DNA of 40,692 nucleotides from Octopus sinensis (Eukaryota). Both the position numbers and the translations under genes were made by a program. The stretch spans positions 1 through 40,692 of the forward strand of contig NW_021835361.1 of assembly GCF_006345805.1 (NCBI RefSeq), written 5' to 3'. Below the pieces are notes generated by a model. The model was not told where the DNA came from, did not search any database, and worked only from the letters and a program-made list of their open reading frames with translations. Below, piece after piece: positions 23,033-34,695 of the stretch; within the stretch, counting starts at the first letter, position 1, and each line of letters begins with the position of its first letter.

Positions 23033-24254
23033 ATCAGATTGAGTAAAAAGCAACATTTTGAACCATGAAGAATTTGTACCGGATTTTTGCAGAGTTTTGA
23101 ATTCTTTTCAAACATATATTTATTTTATTTTTATTTTTTGCAATTGTCTCATAATACCGATATAGGCTTGCCCAAATGCATCAATGAATTAACATTGAAA
23201 ATTTTTTTCACCGTTGTAACAATAATCTGAAGTAGAACTCTCAAAGTGCGATATTCGAGCAAATTTTGATATTCAACTTCAAAAGAGGACGTAAAACAGC
23301 TGAAACTGCTCGAGATATCAACGAAACGTTTGGTGAGGAAATGATCAGTGAGAGGTCAACTCAAAAATGATTTAAAGAGATGTGACCTGAGCCTTGAAGA
23401 TCGTGAGTGTAGTGGATGCCCATCTGTCATTGATGACGGTCAATTAAAGACCGACATTGAGAAAGATCCACGTAAAACTACTTGAGAACTGATAAAGCTC
23501 AACAAATGGGTACCACACGATTTGAATGAAAATTAGAAAATGCACAGATATGAAATTTGCTCGTCGCTTCTTCTCCGTAACCAGACCGATCCACTTCTCG
23601 ACCGTATTGTAACTTGCGGTGAAAAGTGGATTCCGTATGATAATTAAAAAAACATCCTTCGCAGTGGTTGGGCCAAAATTATGCACCGAAAACATACCTT
23701 AAACCCGAGCTCTTGAAAAGGTTATGATGACTGTTTGGTGGTGTACTTCTGGGCTCATCAACTATAATGCCTTAAAATATGGAAAAACCATTACTGCAGA
23801 AACATATTGCCATGAAATTGCCGAAATGGACGAAAAACTGCTAATCCTCTGTCCCAGACTGGTCAACAGAAGAGGGCCAATTATTCTTCATGACAATACT
23901 CGACTACAAGTTTCACTAATGACGCCCCAAAAGAGGAAACTTGGCTATGAAGTTCTTCCCCACCCAGCTTATTCCCCAGAGCTTTCCCCTACTGACTACC
24001 ACTTTTTCAAGCACCTTGATGGTTTTCTGCGAGAGAAGGAGTTCAAAAATCAAATCGATGCTGAAAGTGCGTTCAAAGAGTTCATCAGAACTCCAGATTT
24101 TTATGTTTCCGGAAAAAACAAACCTGTAACTCGTTGACAAAAATGTGTTGATTGTAATGGTACTCACTTCGATGAATAAAATTTCCGCATTATTGAAGTA
24201 TATTGTGATGAATTTCATCTTTCAAAATGTTGCTCACTTTTTATTCCGCCTGAT
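23033..24254 (+). mobile_element. Decayed mariner transposon, Hsmar1/cecropia-like
   Basis: AETARDINETFGE, NKWVPHDL, DRIVTCGEKW, ILHDN, HPAYSPELSPTDYHFFKHLDGFL and QKCVDCNG. Stops, frameshifts and an internal deletion. Imperfect TIRs ATCAGATTGAGTAAAAAGCAACATTTTGAA / TTCAAAATGTTGCTCACTTTTTATTCCGCCTGAT; TA at the left end. Confidence 0.92.
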
Positions 24255-24342
24255 TGATTGATTGATTGAGATAGATAGATAGATAGATAGATAGATACAA
24301 TGATAGATAGATAGAAAGATATAGATATATATCCATATACAG

Positions 24343-24428
<86 letters not shown>

Positions 24429-24767
24429 GTGTGATTTTAAACCTAACGTCAATTTTTTACGTCTAAATATTTGATCACTTTTGGCATAGAATTATTTTAT
24501 GTGAATCGTATTTTCCTAAACCTTCGCATCATATTTGCTCCTTTAAATCTAACGTGAAATATTTTAGGTCCCAATGTTTTTTCTTTCTAAACCTCACGTT
24601 ACTTTTCTGAATAACGTTGTTTGTTAATTTAAAGATGGCGTCGCTTTTTCTGATGTTTATATGTTTGTTTTGAATAAAATTTACGTCAATTTTTTTAATG
24701 TCTACGTCATTGTTCACTTTTTTTCCCCTCATGATTATTTCCGCGGTTTTGTTGTTGTAAAAATTTG

Positions 24768-24994
24768 CTATTTGTTCACTTTGAATGATTTCTTGGAGCG
24801 CCCTCGTATGATGACCTCGACAACTGCGTAGCCTGTCATGCCAAAAAAGAGAAAACCGAGGCAGATGTAGAGTCTGATAGCGATATTTACATGTGTCGAG
24901 TAGAGAAATGTCATGACGAAGCCAACGGATTCCCAGAGACGGTAGTTTGCGAAGGCAGCTTCTGTGTTGTCACTGAAGAGGAAACCGTAAAGCG
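24768..24994 (-). CDS. UNC93A: UNC93A-like, terminal coding exon (227 bp to TAG)
   Basis: ttctcttctgcag|CG. Encodes (A)LYGFLFSDNTEAAFANYRLWESVGFVMTFLYSTHVNIAIRLYICLGFLFFGMTGYAVVEVIIRGRSKKSFKVNK*, with the UNC93 motif EAAFANYRLWESxGF. Confidence 0.95.
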
Positions 24995-25192
24995 CTGCAG
25001 AAGAGAAGAGTTATAGATTAAGTCTTAGATTAGTACGTCCGTACACAGACACACAAACACATGCAGGTAGGTGTATGTGTGTGGGAGAGAGAGAAGGTGA
25101 GGGGGGTTATGTATGTGTATAGATAGATAGATAGGTAGGTAGGTAGCTAGGTAAATACGTAAACAGACAGACAGACAAACACAGATAGGCAG

Positions 25193-25242
<50 letters not shown>

Positions 25243-25464
25243 AATAGGCTGGTATATTGACTGACAGATAAACAGATAGAGAAATAGAGAGAGGGGAGAA
25301 ACATGGATATAGATGTGCAGATATAAATATGCATAAATATAAAAAATATATATGTAAAACATTTTAAAATATTGTAGTTTGGCCTTTTGTCATGAATGAA
25401 ACAATGTCCTATAATGTATTTGAAATACAGAGCTGGTGTCATAAACCTGATTATATCTGGACTT

Positions 25465-25880
25465 AAGGCGAGCTGGCAGAAACGTTAGGGTGCCGGGCGA
25501 AATGCTTAGCGGTATTTCGTCTGTCGTTACGTTCTGAGTTCAAATTCCGCCGAGGTCGACTTTGCCTTTCATCCTTTCAGGGTCGATAAATAAAGTATCA
25601 GTTTCGCACTGGGGTCGATGTAATCGACTTAATCCCTTTGTCTGTTCTTATTTGTCCCCTCTATGTTTAGCCCCTTGTGGGTAATAAAGAAATAGGTATT
25701 TCGTCTGTCGTTACGTTCTGAGTTCAAATTCCGCCGAGGTCGACTTCGCCTTTCATTCTTTCGGGGTCGATAAATAAAGTATCAGTTTCGCACTGGGGTC
25801 GATGTAATCGACTTAATCCCTTTGTCTGCTCTTATTTGTCCCCTCTATGTTTAGTCTCTTGTAGGCAATAAAGAAATATA
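25465..25880 (+). mobile_element. SINE A dimer
   Basis: The second unit begins at the AAAGAAATAGGTATTTCGTCTG junction (about 25690). Confidence 0.9.
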
Positions 25881-25889
25881 TATCTGGAC

Positions 25890-26770
25890 TTAAGTTTATC
25901 CCTTTCGATTTTCTATGACACTGATTTTGTTAACGACGTTTCGTATCCGAGACGCCTGATGTAAAGAACAATGAGATCGAAGATAAAAAATGGTCAATTC
26001 GCGTACATGCCATATTTGAAGAGTTTTTGGTCCTTCATCAGCATCCATCCAACCCGTTAAATATCCTCGAACACACTGCTAACACAACCACTAAATACGG
26101 CGGTGTAACGTTATTGGATATAACTTATTGACTTATAAAAATGTTTAACATACTTTGTGTGAAGGCGCATGGGTCAGTGGTTAGAGCGTCGAGCTTACGA
26201 TCGTGAGGTTGTGAGTTCGATTCCCGGACCGAGCCGCGTTGAGTGTTCTTGAGCAAGATACTTTATTTCACGTTGCTGTAGTTCACTCATCCTGTAGTAA
26301 TGAGTTACGACATCACAGGTGCCAAGCTGTATCGGCCTTTGCTTTTCCCTTTGGATAACATCAGTGGCGTGGAGAAGGAAGGCCGGTATGCATGGGCGAC
26401 TGCTGGTCTTCCATAAACAACCTTGCCCAGACTTGTGCCTCGGAAGGTAACTTTCTAGGTGCAATACCATGGTCAATCATGATAGAAGGGGATGGGGTAA
26501 CCCAATATACTTTGTAGTATATTATGGTTGGATAACGAAATTCAGTGCCCCTAAAGGTCATCAATTCTTACGCACCAGCTTCCAGGAATGTGTTTGATGT
26601 GTGAAATTGGTATATCCATAACGTTACACCGCTATATTTAGTAATGAATTCGTGGTTGATTAATAGGTTCGATGGGTGCTAATGATCTTATTGTTGTTTA
26701 CATCAAGGGTCTCGGATCCGAAACGTCGTAACGAAATCAGTGCTGGCTATAATTTCGATAGGAAATCTCT
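25890..26770. mobile_element. Diverged inverted-repeat structure (about 25890-26130 vs 26600-26770) enclosing a C-related SINE (26163-26475)
   Basis: AAATACGGCGGTGTAACGTTATTGGATATA / TATATCCATAACGTTACACCGCTATATTT and GACGTTTCGTATCCGAGAC / GTCTCGGATCCGAAACGTC. Confidence 0.65.
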
Positions 26771-27329
26771 AGAGATAACCATAATAAATGATGTAATAGC
26801 ACTGCTAACACAGTAGAACACAAACGTTTAATTTACTTTCCAATATTTTACGGTTGCGTAACGAAATACGGTTTCCTACAGGTCATTAATTATTTATAGA
26901 AAAATTCCCCGCTCCATAGATGTTTAAAAAACCGCATAGCCTGAGCACATACTGAAACTTTACATAGAAACATAGCAAAAATAATGTGTATGTATATGAG
27001 TGTGCGTGCATGTTGTTTACATCAAGGGTCTCGGATCTGAAACGTCGTAATGAAATCAGTGCTGGCTATAATTTCGACAGGAAATCTCTAGCTATAACCT
27101 TAATAAATAATGTAATAGCACTGCTAACACAGTAGAATACAGTATTCACTTATAAAAATGTTTAATATACTTTCCACTATTTTACGGTTGCGTAACGAAA
27201 TACGGTTTCCTACAGGTCAATTATTTATAGAAAAAAAATCCCTGCTCCATAGCCTGAGCACGTACTTAAACTTTACATAGAAACATATTAATAAAGATAA
27301 TGTGTATGTATATGAGTGTGCGTGCATGT
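26693..27329 (+). repeat. About 320-bp tandem duplication
   Basis: Both units start GTTGTTTACATCAAGGGTCTCGGATC and end GTATATGAGTGTGCGTGCATG. Confidence 0.9.
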
Positions 27330-27656
27330 GATATAGCAGCTTGACTCAGAATTGTATTGTTTTAAGTTTGACACACATGAGAACAACAAGTCCGATCATT
27401 CGGATGATTGATTCTGCGTTGTGAAGCACTTTACATTTCGTCCTTTCGGGATCGATAAAATATGTACTAGTTGAGAACTGTAGCTGATGTAATCGACTAA
27501 CTCACGCCCTCAAAATCGCAGGCCACGTACCAAAATTTGAAACCAATATTACTAGGGCTCCATGAGAGCAGTCCGTGATTTGAAAACTGGATTTGGGACG
27601 GTGCTAAATGCTGACGTAATTACTAATGTAATTGGTAATGCTACAAACGAAAGTGA

Positions 27657-27946
27657 AGAGGAGGCACATGGCCCAGTGGTTAGAGCAGTTGAGGGATCGC
27701 AGGTTCGAATCTCAGATGTGTGTGTTTATGAGCGAAACACCTAAGCTCCACGCGGCTCCGGCAGAAGGTAATAGCGAAACTTCTGCTGACTCTTTCGCCA
27801 CAATTTTCTCTCACTCTTTCCTCCTGCATCTTGCAGTTCACCTGCGACGGACCGGCGTCCCGTCCAGATGGGGAACCTATACGCCAAGGAAACCGGGAAA
27901 CCGGCCCTTATGAGCCAGGCATGGCTCGAGAAGGAACAAAAAGTCA
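27657..27946 (+). mobile_element. SINE family C with a 12-bp target-site duplication
   Basis: AAACGAAAGTGA at 27645-27656 and 27947-27958. Confidence 0.85.
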
Positions 27947-28411
27947 AAACGAAAGTGAGAACAACCGAAAGTTTTTAGTTATGTGGTATAAGTTACGACC
28001 AGGTCTAGCGGACGAGAGTCATTTTTACGGGAAAATAAGAACAGCGTCTATGGAGGATTAGTGGATGATGGCGTATTAGAGAAGTTAGATGGGTGGAAGT
28101 TGTTGGAAGTGTATAATCGTGGCTGACTGAGTGCGGAGCAAAAGAGCAGAGGTGTGGCCAAAACAAAGATCGTCTCTAATCCACATCGACGGCAGATCCG
28201 GGGGTGGGGGGGCAGTCCTGTACGAGAAAGAACTGGAGCATCTGAGCGAAATTGTTATGCTTACACTTAACACTTTCTGTATTAACTACTTGAAACGTGA
28301 TGTATTTCGTGAAGCTGATTAAGCACTGACGCGTATATTCTCCATGGTTATAATCTTCTGCAGGTGTCAAGTATCTTCTCTACAATGAATTGGTGTTAAT
28401 TTATATATATA

Positions 28412-28786
28412 CTAGCAGTATCGCCCGGTGTTGCTCAGGTTTGTAAGGGAAATAACTATAAAGCATTTTTAGAGAGTTATAGCCCAAAAATAGCAAAAAA
28501 ATGGAAAAAAATGATGGTAAATTTTTTTTTTAGTTAAAAAAGGTGGAGTTGCGTCCCCTAGACAGTTTGCGGTTTGTGTTTCTGATTCTCGACCCCATGT
28601 CGAATTTATCGATTTTTTTCAGAACTGGGGGAACTTTTCAAAATTTTCGCTGCGTTAGTTTTGAATTATGACATTGGGCTATGTGTGTCAAGTTTCATCA
28701 GAATCGGTTGAAAGCCATGGTCAGGGTGAGGGTACAAGCAAACAGACACACAGAAACACGCACAGACAAACTGCCGTTCATATATA

Positions 28787-28790
<4 letters not shown>
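28412..28790 (-). mobile_element. Non-autonomous Helitron-like element
   Basis: Minus-strand 3' end has the hairpin CCTGAGCAACACCGGG then CGATACTG-CTAG|T. The 5' end is lost in (TA)n. Confidence 0.75.
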
Positions 28791-28824
<34 letters not shown>

Positions 28825-28836
28825 TATATATATTCT

Positions 28837-29203
28837 CTAGAAAAACGACGACGCCGTGGTGATCTCATTCTTACTCACAACATCATAAGCGGAAAGTGTA
28901 ACCTCTCGAAAGAGCTGTTCTTCACTCCTGCTCCAGAGCGTCGGCTGTGGCGTCACTCCGAAAAGCTCTATCTGCGATGATTTCATCTCAATCGAAGGAG
29001 AGGGGCTTTCTCCGTCCGGATTGCGGATCTGTGGAATAAGCTGCCGGACGAGATAGGGAAGATGCCGACGCCCGCTCGGTTCAAAGTCTCTCTTGACCAG
29101 AAATGGCCTGAACTCTTTGCATGAACACCCTCCCTGTACACAACTCCATATCCCCCTACATGGCCTTGCTTTTTGCTTTTTGAGCCAAAAAATTAACTTA
29201 ACT

Positions 29204-29205
<2 letters not shown>
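28837..29205 (+). mobile_element. CR1-type LINE 3' end
   Basis: LEKRRRRGDLI...FFT...R*FHLNRRRGAFSVRIADLWNKLPDE...FKVSLD...*; tail (TAACT)n. Confidence 0.85.
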
Positions 29206-29292
<87 letters not shown>

Positions 29293-29293
29293 C

Positions 29294-29600
29294 GAGGCGC
29301 AATGGCCCAGTGGTTAGGGCAGCGGACTCACAGTCGTAGGATCGCGGTTTCGATTCCCAGACCGGGCGTTGTGTGTGTTTATTGAACGAAAACACCTAAA
29401 AGCTCCACTAGGCTCCGGCAGGGGGGGGGTGATCCCTGCTGTATTCTTTCACCACTCTTTCTCTCTTTCTTCTGTTGGCCTGCTCGCTTAGCCAGCGGTG
29501 TGGCGTCGTTCGAAGGCTAAGACAACGTGATCGCATTGTGACCAGCGACGTGTAGCAACATCTGATGGTCTGGTCGGTCACGTAATCACGTGATATATAT
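29294..29600 (+). mobile_element. SINE family C
   Basis: GGCGCAATGGCCCAGTGGTTAGGGCAGCGGACT...GTTTCGATTCCCAGACC. Confidence 0.87.
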
Positions 29601-29867
29601 GCATATAAGTATGCTACATCAAGGCACTAATGTTTACTGCAAATAGCAGTCGATAAATTTACGACGCTATAGTAAATCTTCACTGTATATATACATTGGC
29701 AAAGACGAAAAATTTCGTCTTACCTCAAGGAAGAATATTAGATAAATGGACAACCAAGAATAGGATAATCTACTTTGTATTTTGTCCCCTCTGTGTTCAG
29801 CCCTGTGTGGTCAATAAAGAAACAGATCTTCACTAAATGTATTATGATGAAAATAATATATACTCAC

Positions 29868-29999
29868 CATTAATCTGGGTCTGGATAACGGCGTCTCCCA
29901 TCCCCCATAAACCGGAAATTACGTAAAATATGACAACCTTATTTGGATCAGGTGTCCATACGAGTAAAAAGATCTGGAGCCCGCCGTGAACAATTGTGG
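29868..29999 (-). CDS. UNC93A: UNC93A-like, coding exon (132 bp, phase 1/1)
   Basis: ttctgtttcag|CC...AATG|gtgagt. Encodes (A)TIVHGGLQIFLLVWTPDPNKVVIFYVISGLWGMGDAVIQTQIN, with the UNC93 motif LWGxGDAVxQTQIN. Confidence 0.95.
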
Positions 30000-30034
30000 C
30001 TGAAACAGAAAATTAAACACGTAATACATTTGTT

Positions 30035-30470
30035 GGATCTTTTCGGTTTGAACGGCAGTTTTTTCTAGCGGTGTCATATGAAATTGTCACCCATAATTAT
30101 GACCCTAGTATCGATCTATTGCATTTCTATCTATTTTAGGGTTAGGGTTAGTTAGGGTTAGTTAGGGTTAGGGGTGGAGGGAAGAGTATCTTTTTTTCTT
30201 CAGAAATGTAAATAAACCCAATCTGTTTCTTAAACGAGGGACATATTCATACTGCACAGAATGCTTTTTACCTGAATAAACGTAATTGATTGGTTGAAAT
30301 TGCAGGAATTGAAGAAAAAACAACAAATATCTTACAAACTATAGAATTTTCTCAATAAAGCCAAGAGAAAAAGATGTTTTATAAACACATTCTACTAGTA
30401 TAACGAAGTTTGAAATTTTTTAGTTACCTCGAAATTATGTTAAAAACTGCCGTTCAAACCGAAAAGATCC
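30035..30470. mobile_element. MITE with about 29-bp TIRs, probable 8-bp TSD and internal TTAGGG repeats
   Basis: GGATCTTTTCGGTTTGAACGGCAGTTTTT / AAAAACTGCCGTTCAAACCGAAAAGATCC. Flanks CATTTGTT and CGTTTGTT. TTAGGG/TTAG array at 30136-30173. Confidence 0.85.
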
Positions 30471-30857
30471 CGTTTGTTTTGTTATTGTTGGTTATGATAC
30501 TATCGTCGTGGGTAATGGTGGTGGTGGTGGTGGTGGTAGTAAAACTTTCGAACTATGTACCTTAGCTGTATTTCTTCACCTATACGTGTAGCTACTACTG
30601 GCCGACTTGACCGATTCGACATAAGCTCTACAATTATGCAAATGCCATCGGGCAAACGGATCCCTAATGCACGGAAAAGGACAAAACCTACCCGTCGCGT
30701 ACTCGGTCAGAACTCATTGATTGTAGACTTGAGGTTTTAAATCAATCATCTGCTTCCGCTTATTGGGCAAGCCGGGTCATAATCTATGTTTTAAACATCA
30801 CCTTCCTTTACATTATTTACATTTAACGGATATTTGTCCTCATCTTGTTTGTTGTTA

Positions 30858-30901
30858 ACACACCGTTTCGGCTGATATACCCTCCAACCTTCATCAGGTG
30901 T
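30858..30901 (-). ncRNA. Hammerhead with mutated cleavage triplet, within a (TAA)n-adjacent PLE-like repeat (about 30800-30995)
   Basis: ACAC-CTGATGA-A-GGTTG gagggtatat CAGCC-GAAA-CG-GT-GTGT. U16.1 reads G at 30863. Confidence 0.75.
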
Positions 30902-30955
30902 CTTGGGGGAATTTCGAACCTGGATTCTCATTCCTAAGGTATTTTTCGATGTTGC

Positions 30956-30994
<39 letters not shown>

Positions 30995-31261
30995 CATTAT
31001 TCAGGTCACTGCATGGAATCAAACTCGGGCATATGGCGTAATGGTTAAGAGCTCAGGCCTGAATAAATATTTTCAGATAACCTGTCATGTGTAAGGAGTG
31101 GTGGGGGAGAGTAGTTGTCTGTTAAAAAATTTTCTGGTAAATGGAGCATGGATCTACATGTTTGTATGTGTATCTGGCAGTTTTTGTTGTAGGAGGAGAA
31201 TGTAGGAGCAGAATCATCAGTTCTAATTTTTGGTGGATAATTGCCATTATTTCAGGAATTA

Positions 31262-32060
31262 AGGCAGCGAGCTGGCAGAAACGTTAGCACGCCGGGCGAA
31301 ATGCTTTGCGGTATTTCGCCTGCCGCTACGTTCTGAGTTCAAATTCCGCCGAGGTCGACTTTGCCTTTCATCCTTTTGAGTTCGATAAATTAAGAACCAG
31401 TTGCGTACTGGTGGTTGACTAAATCGACGGGATCCACCACCCACCCCAAATTTCGGGCCTTGTGCCTAGATTAGAAAAGAATATATTTAAAAGGCGGCAA
31501 GCTAGCAGAATCGTTAGCACACCGGGTGAAATACTTCGCGGTATTTCGTCTGCCGCTACGTTCTGAGTTCAAATTCCGCCGAGGTCGACTTTGCCTTTCA
31601 TCCTTTCGGGGTCGATTAAGTAACTACCAGTTACGCACTGGGATCGATATAATCGACTTAATCCGTTTGTCTGTCCTTGTTTGTCTCCTCTGTGTTTAGC
31701 CCCTTGTGGGTAGTAAAGAAATAGGTATTTCGTCTGCCACTACGTTCTGAGTTCAAATTCCGCCGAGGTCAACTTTGCCTTTCATCCTTCCGGGGTCGAT
31801 TAAATAAGTACCAGTTATATAATCGACTTAATCCGTGTATCTGTCCTTGTTTGTCCTCTCTGTGTTTAGCCCCTTGTGGGTAGTAAAGAAATAGGTATTT
31901 CGTCTGTCTTAACGTTCTGAGTTCAAATTCCTGACGAGGTCGACTTTGCCTTTCATCCTTTCGGGGTCAATTAAGTAACAGTTGCGTACTAAGGATTGAT
32001 GTAATCAAGTGGACTCCCACACACAAAAAAAAAAATTTCAGGCATTGTGCCTAGAAGAGA
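31262..32060 (+). mobile_element. SINE A cluster: one copy (31262-31480) plus a trimer (31495-32060)
   Basis: Two AAAGAAATAGGTATTTCGTCTG junctions, at about 31720 and 31890. Confidence 0.9.
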
Positions 32061-32089
32061 AAAGATTATTTCGATAATTCTTTCTTTTT

Positions 32090-32640
32090 ATTCTTTTACT
32101 TGTTTCAGTCATCTGACAGCAGCCATGCTGGAGCACTGCCTTTAGTCGAACAAATCGACCTCGGGACTTATTCTTCGTAAGCCTAGTACTTATTCTATCG
32201 GTCTGTTTTGCCGAACTGCTAAATTACAGGGATGTGAACACACCAATATCGGTTGTCAAGTGATGGTGGGAGACAAACACAGAGACACACACATATATAT
32301 TGATAAATATGGTAAGATAACAATTTTTTTCCGATGTCCAGATAACTGAAGAGATGGCGGCGTTGATTTCCACCTCGGCATCCTAAACTCGGAGTTTTAT
32401 CATAGCTACCGAATAATTGTCACATATTACATTTACAGACACACACACACACACACACACCACACACACACACACACACACATATATATACAACAGGCTT
32501 CTTTCAGTTTCTGTCTACCAAATCCACTCACAAGGCTTTGGTCGGCCCGAGGCTACAGTAGAAGGCACTTGCCCGAGGTCCCACGCAGTGTGCCTGAACC
32601 CGGAACCATGTGGTTGGTAAGCAACCTTCTTACTACACGG
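32090..32640 (-). mobile_element. SINE family B interrupted in its microsatellite by a hammerhead-family stub (32300-32432)
   Basis: Tail at 32090-32290 and head at 32480-32640. The insert has GATAA-CTGAAGA-GATG...CATC-ctaaa-CTCGGAG-TT-TTATC (32341-32401). Confidence 0.8.
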
Positions 32641-32739
32641 CCTGGAAATGACTATAAAATTTAATTACGCAGTCAAAATGTTAAGTCTTCTTGTCTTCTG
32701 TTGATAGTTTGGCCTCATGGTGAGCTAAAACTGACTTAC

Positions 32740-32875
32740 CAAGTACAAAGAATGGAATATGGCCAACCCATTGTACCATTCTACCGAACGAGAAAGAACA
32801 TATTGCATCAACGACGCCAAAGCTGATCATAATATAACCAATATTCCACACTCCGAGCGAACACGTGATGTAAGC
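32740..32875 (-). CDS. UNC93A: UNC93A-like, coding exon (136 bp, phase 0/1)
   Basis: tttttctag|GCTTAC...CTTG|gtaagt. Encodes AYITCSLGVWNIGYIMISFGVVDAICSFSFGRMVQWVGHIPFFVL, continuing the previous exon in frame. Not in the ORF track. Confidence 0.95.
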
Positions 32876-32939
32876 CTAGAAAAACAAAAACAAAGAAAGA
32901 ATTAGGAATATCAAAATATTTATTGTTTGTGTCGCTGAG

Positions 32940-33465
32940 TACCGTAAATCTTCGAGTATAGTCCGCCCTTGAGTATAATACGCAGGGGATTTTTAGAGGG
33001 CTGTACCTCTGAAAAACCTAAACCTTGTGTATAATACACACCCCTTCTCTAACTTGAGTCGTGCGTAATTAAGCCAGCAGCACCTAGTCGAACTAACACT
33101 TCCGTGCATGCGTAATACAATCATGGTGATGTTTTTAACTGTTATATGGGAATGTAAATATGTTTGCAAATTGTTTTTGTTACATGTTATTCTGTGTTCT
33201 GAATACTTTTATTTCAATAAATGTTGCTTACTGCAAGTTATGGATGATTCTTTTATGACTTCATTGCTTTCAGGCTTAGCTTAAGGTATTTCCCCTCCCG
33301 ACATCACAAAATGCGTCTGAATAAACATTGCGGGACAGCAAATAGGGTCTCGGACATTGCTTAGAAAATATTTTTCATTTTTAACCTCGCATATAGTACG
33401 CACTGGGGATTTTGACCTTTAAATTTTGGGGGGAAAATGCGGATTATACTTGAGGATTTACGTTA
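32940..33465. mobile_element. TA-flanked MITE, Tc1/mariner-pogo-like
   Basis: TA-CCGTAAATCTTCGAGTATAGTCCGC / GCGGATTATACTTGAGGATTTACGT-TA. A solo TIR copy lies at 34865-34896. Confidence 0.82.
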
Positions 33466-33499
33466 TGTGTACGCGTGTGTGTTTTATCTTTTACTAGAT

Positions 33500-33718
33500 T
33501 CATGCGTTTGACTGCAGCTACGCTAGGGTACTGCCTTGGAGGGTTTTAGCCGAGCAAATCGTCCCCAGGGCTTACTTTGTATAATTTTTCAAACCAAGCC
33601 TTCTATTGGTCTCTTTTGCCGGGCCGCTAAGTTACAAGGACGTACTCACACCAACACTCGTTGTGTATGGGGACAAACACAAACACACTGGTACATACAT
33701 ACATGTGTAAACTTTAAT

Positions 33719-33755
<37 letters not shown>

Positions 33756-33910
33756 GACGGGCTTCTTTCAGTTTCCATCCATCAAACCAACTCACAAGGC
33801 TTTGGTCAGCACGAGGCTATAGTAAGAAGGCACTTACCCAAGGTGCCAAGCAGCGGGACTGAACACGGATCTATAGTGTTGGGAAGCAAGCTTCTTACCA
33901 CACTGCGCCA
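33500..33910 (-). mobile_element. SINE family B, diverged
   Basis: Head and tail both recognisable. Confidence 0.82.
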
Positions 33911-34657
33911 ATATGTGTATAATTCTCACTAAAGGTAATTACTAGAGGCTGGTTGCTATTTATAACCTAATAGTACCCGGATGGACAGATATCTCTTCCT
34001 AGTTAGAGTAAGTGGACGATTGGAATGATGTAGTAAATGCCCGCTGGGAACGTGTGGAAGTATCAGATGGAAGAGATGAGAGTAAAGTCTCTCTCAGTTG
34101 CTCAAACGTTTCTGGCAGACATTCAATGGGTTTCTCAAATGCGCCACTATAATCTCGTTCAAAGCGCAGCAACCCTTCCAGATAGAACTTAAATGAAGAC
34201 TTCTTTGGGTTAGCGAAGTAGGGCTAGTATTTTCTACAATTCAAGGTGGTTAGCTATACAGACAACAATTCTGTGATTTGCACGGTAATCCTAGAGAGGG
34301 ACCCGATTATCAGAAGTTGAATGCCTCATTCCTGGCATGGAAAGTATATGGAGAGTTTTCCAGTGGTGAGCAACGGACTAGAGGCAGTAAGTAATACCTC
34401 TCAGCCAGAACAAATCGGTGGGATTGGAACTCGGCATCCTCTCTCGCTAGACTTTGGTTACTGGTTAGGTGCACAAGACCTGATTCGATCCTGACCACCA
34501 TGTAGATAAAACCTGAGAAGGGATCGATTCAGGGACTAAACAAAAGGTATCTCTGAAAGGTCGGGCAGAGGTGACCGGCACTTAAAATTATCCTACCTTT
34601 TTATTTTTATTTTTATTTATTTTCAGTATATCCTGCTCTTTCCTCCTTTCTTTTTCT

Positions 34658-34695
34658 ACTATCCGATGAAGGAAAATATCCGAAACGTTAATAAC
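34658..34695 (+). ncRNA. Decayed minimal hammerhead-like motif
   Basis: TAT-CCGATGA-A-GGA aaata TCC-GAAA-CGT-TA-ATA. Confidence 0.45.

Noticed and set aside
24789-25018. Cys-rich open frame on the plus strand (DDLDNCVACH...) and a CTGAAGA word at 24972
   Set aside because: This is the antisense shadow of the terminal UNC93A-like exon.
27950-28330. LINE APE fragment (RGGGAVLYEK-like)
   Set aside because: Only one short motif; too weak to call.
30136-30173. Telomere remnant or fusion site
   Set aside because: The repeats are short, degenerate and lie inside a MITE.
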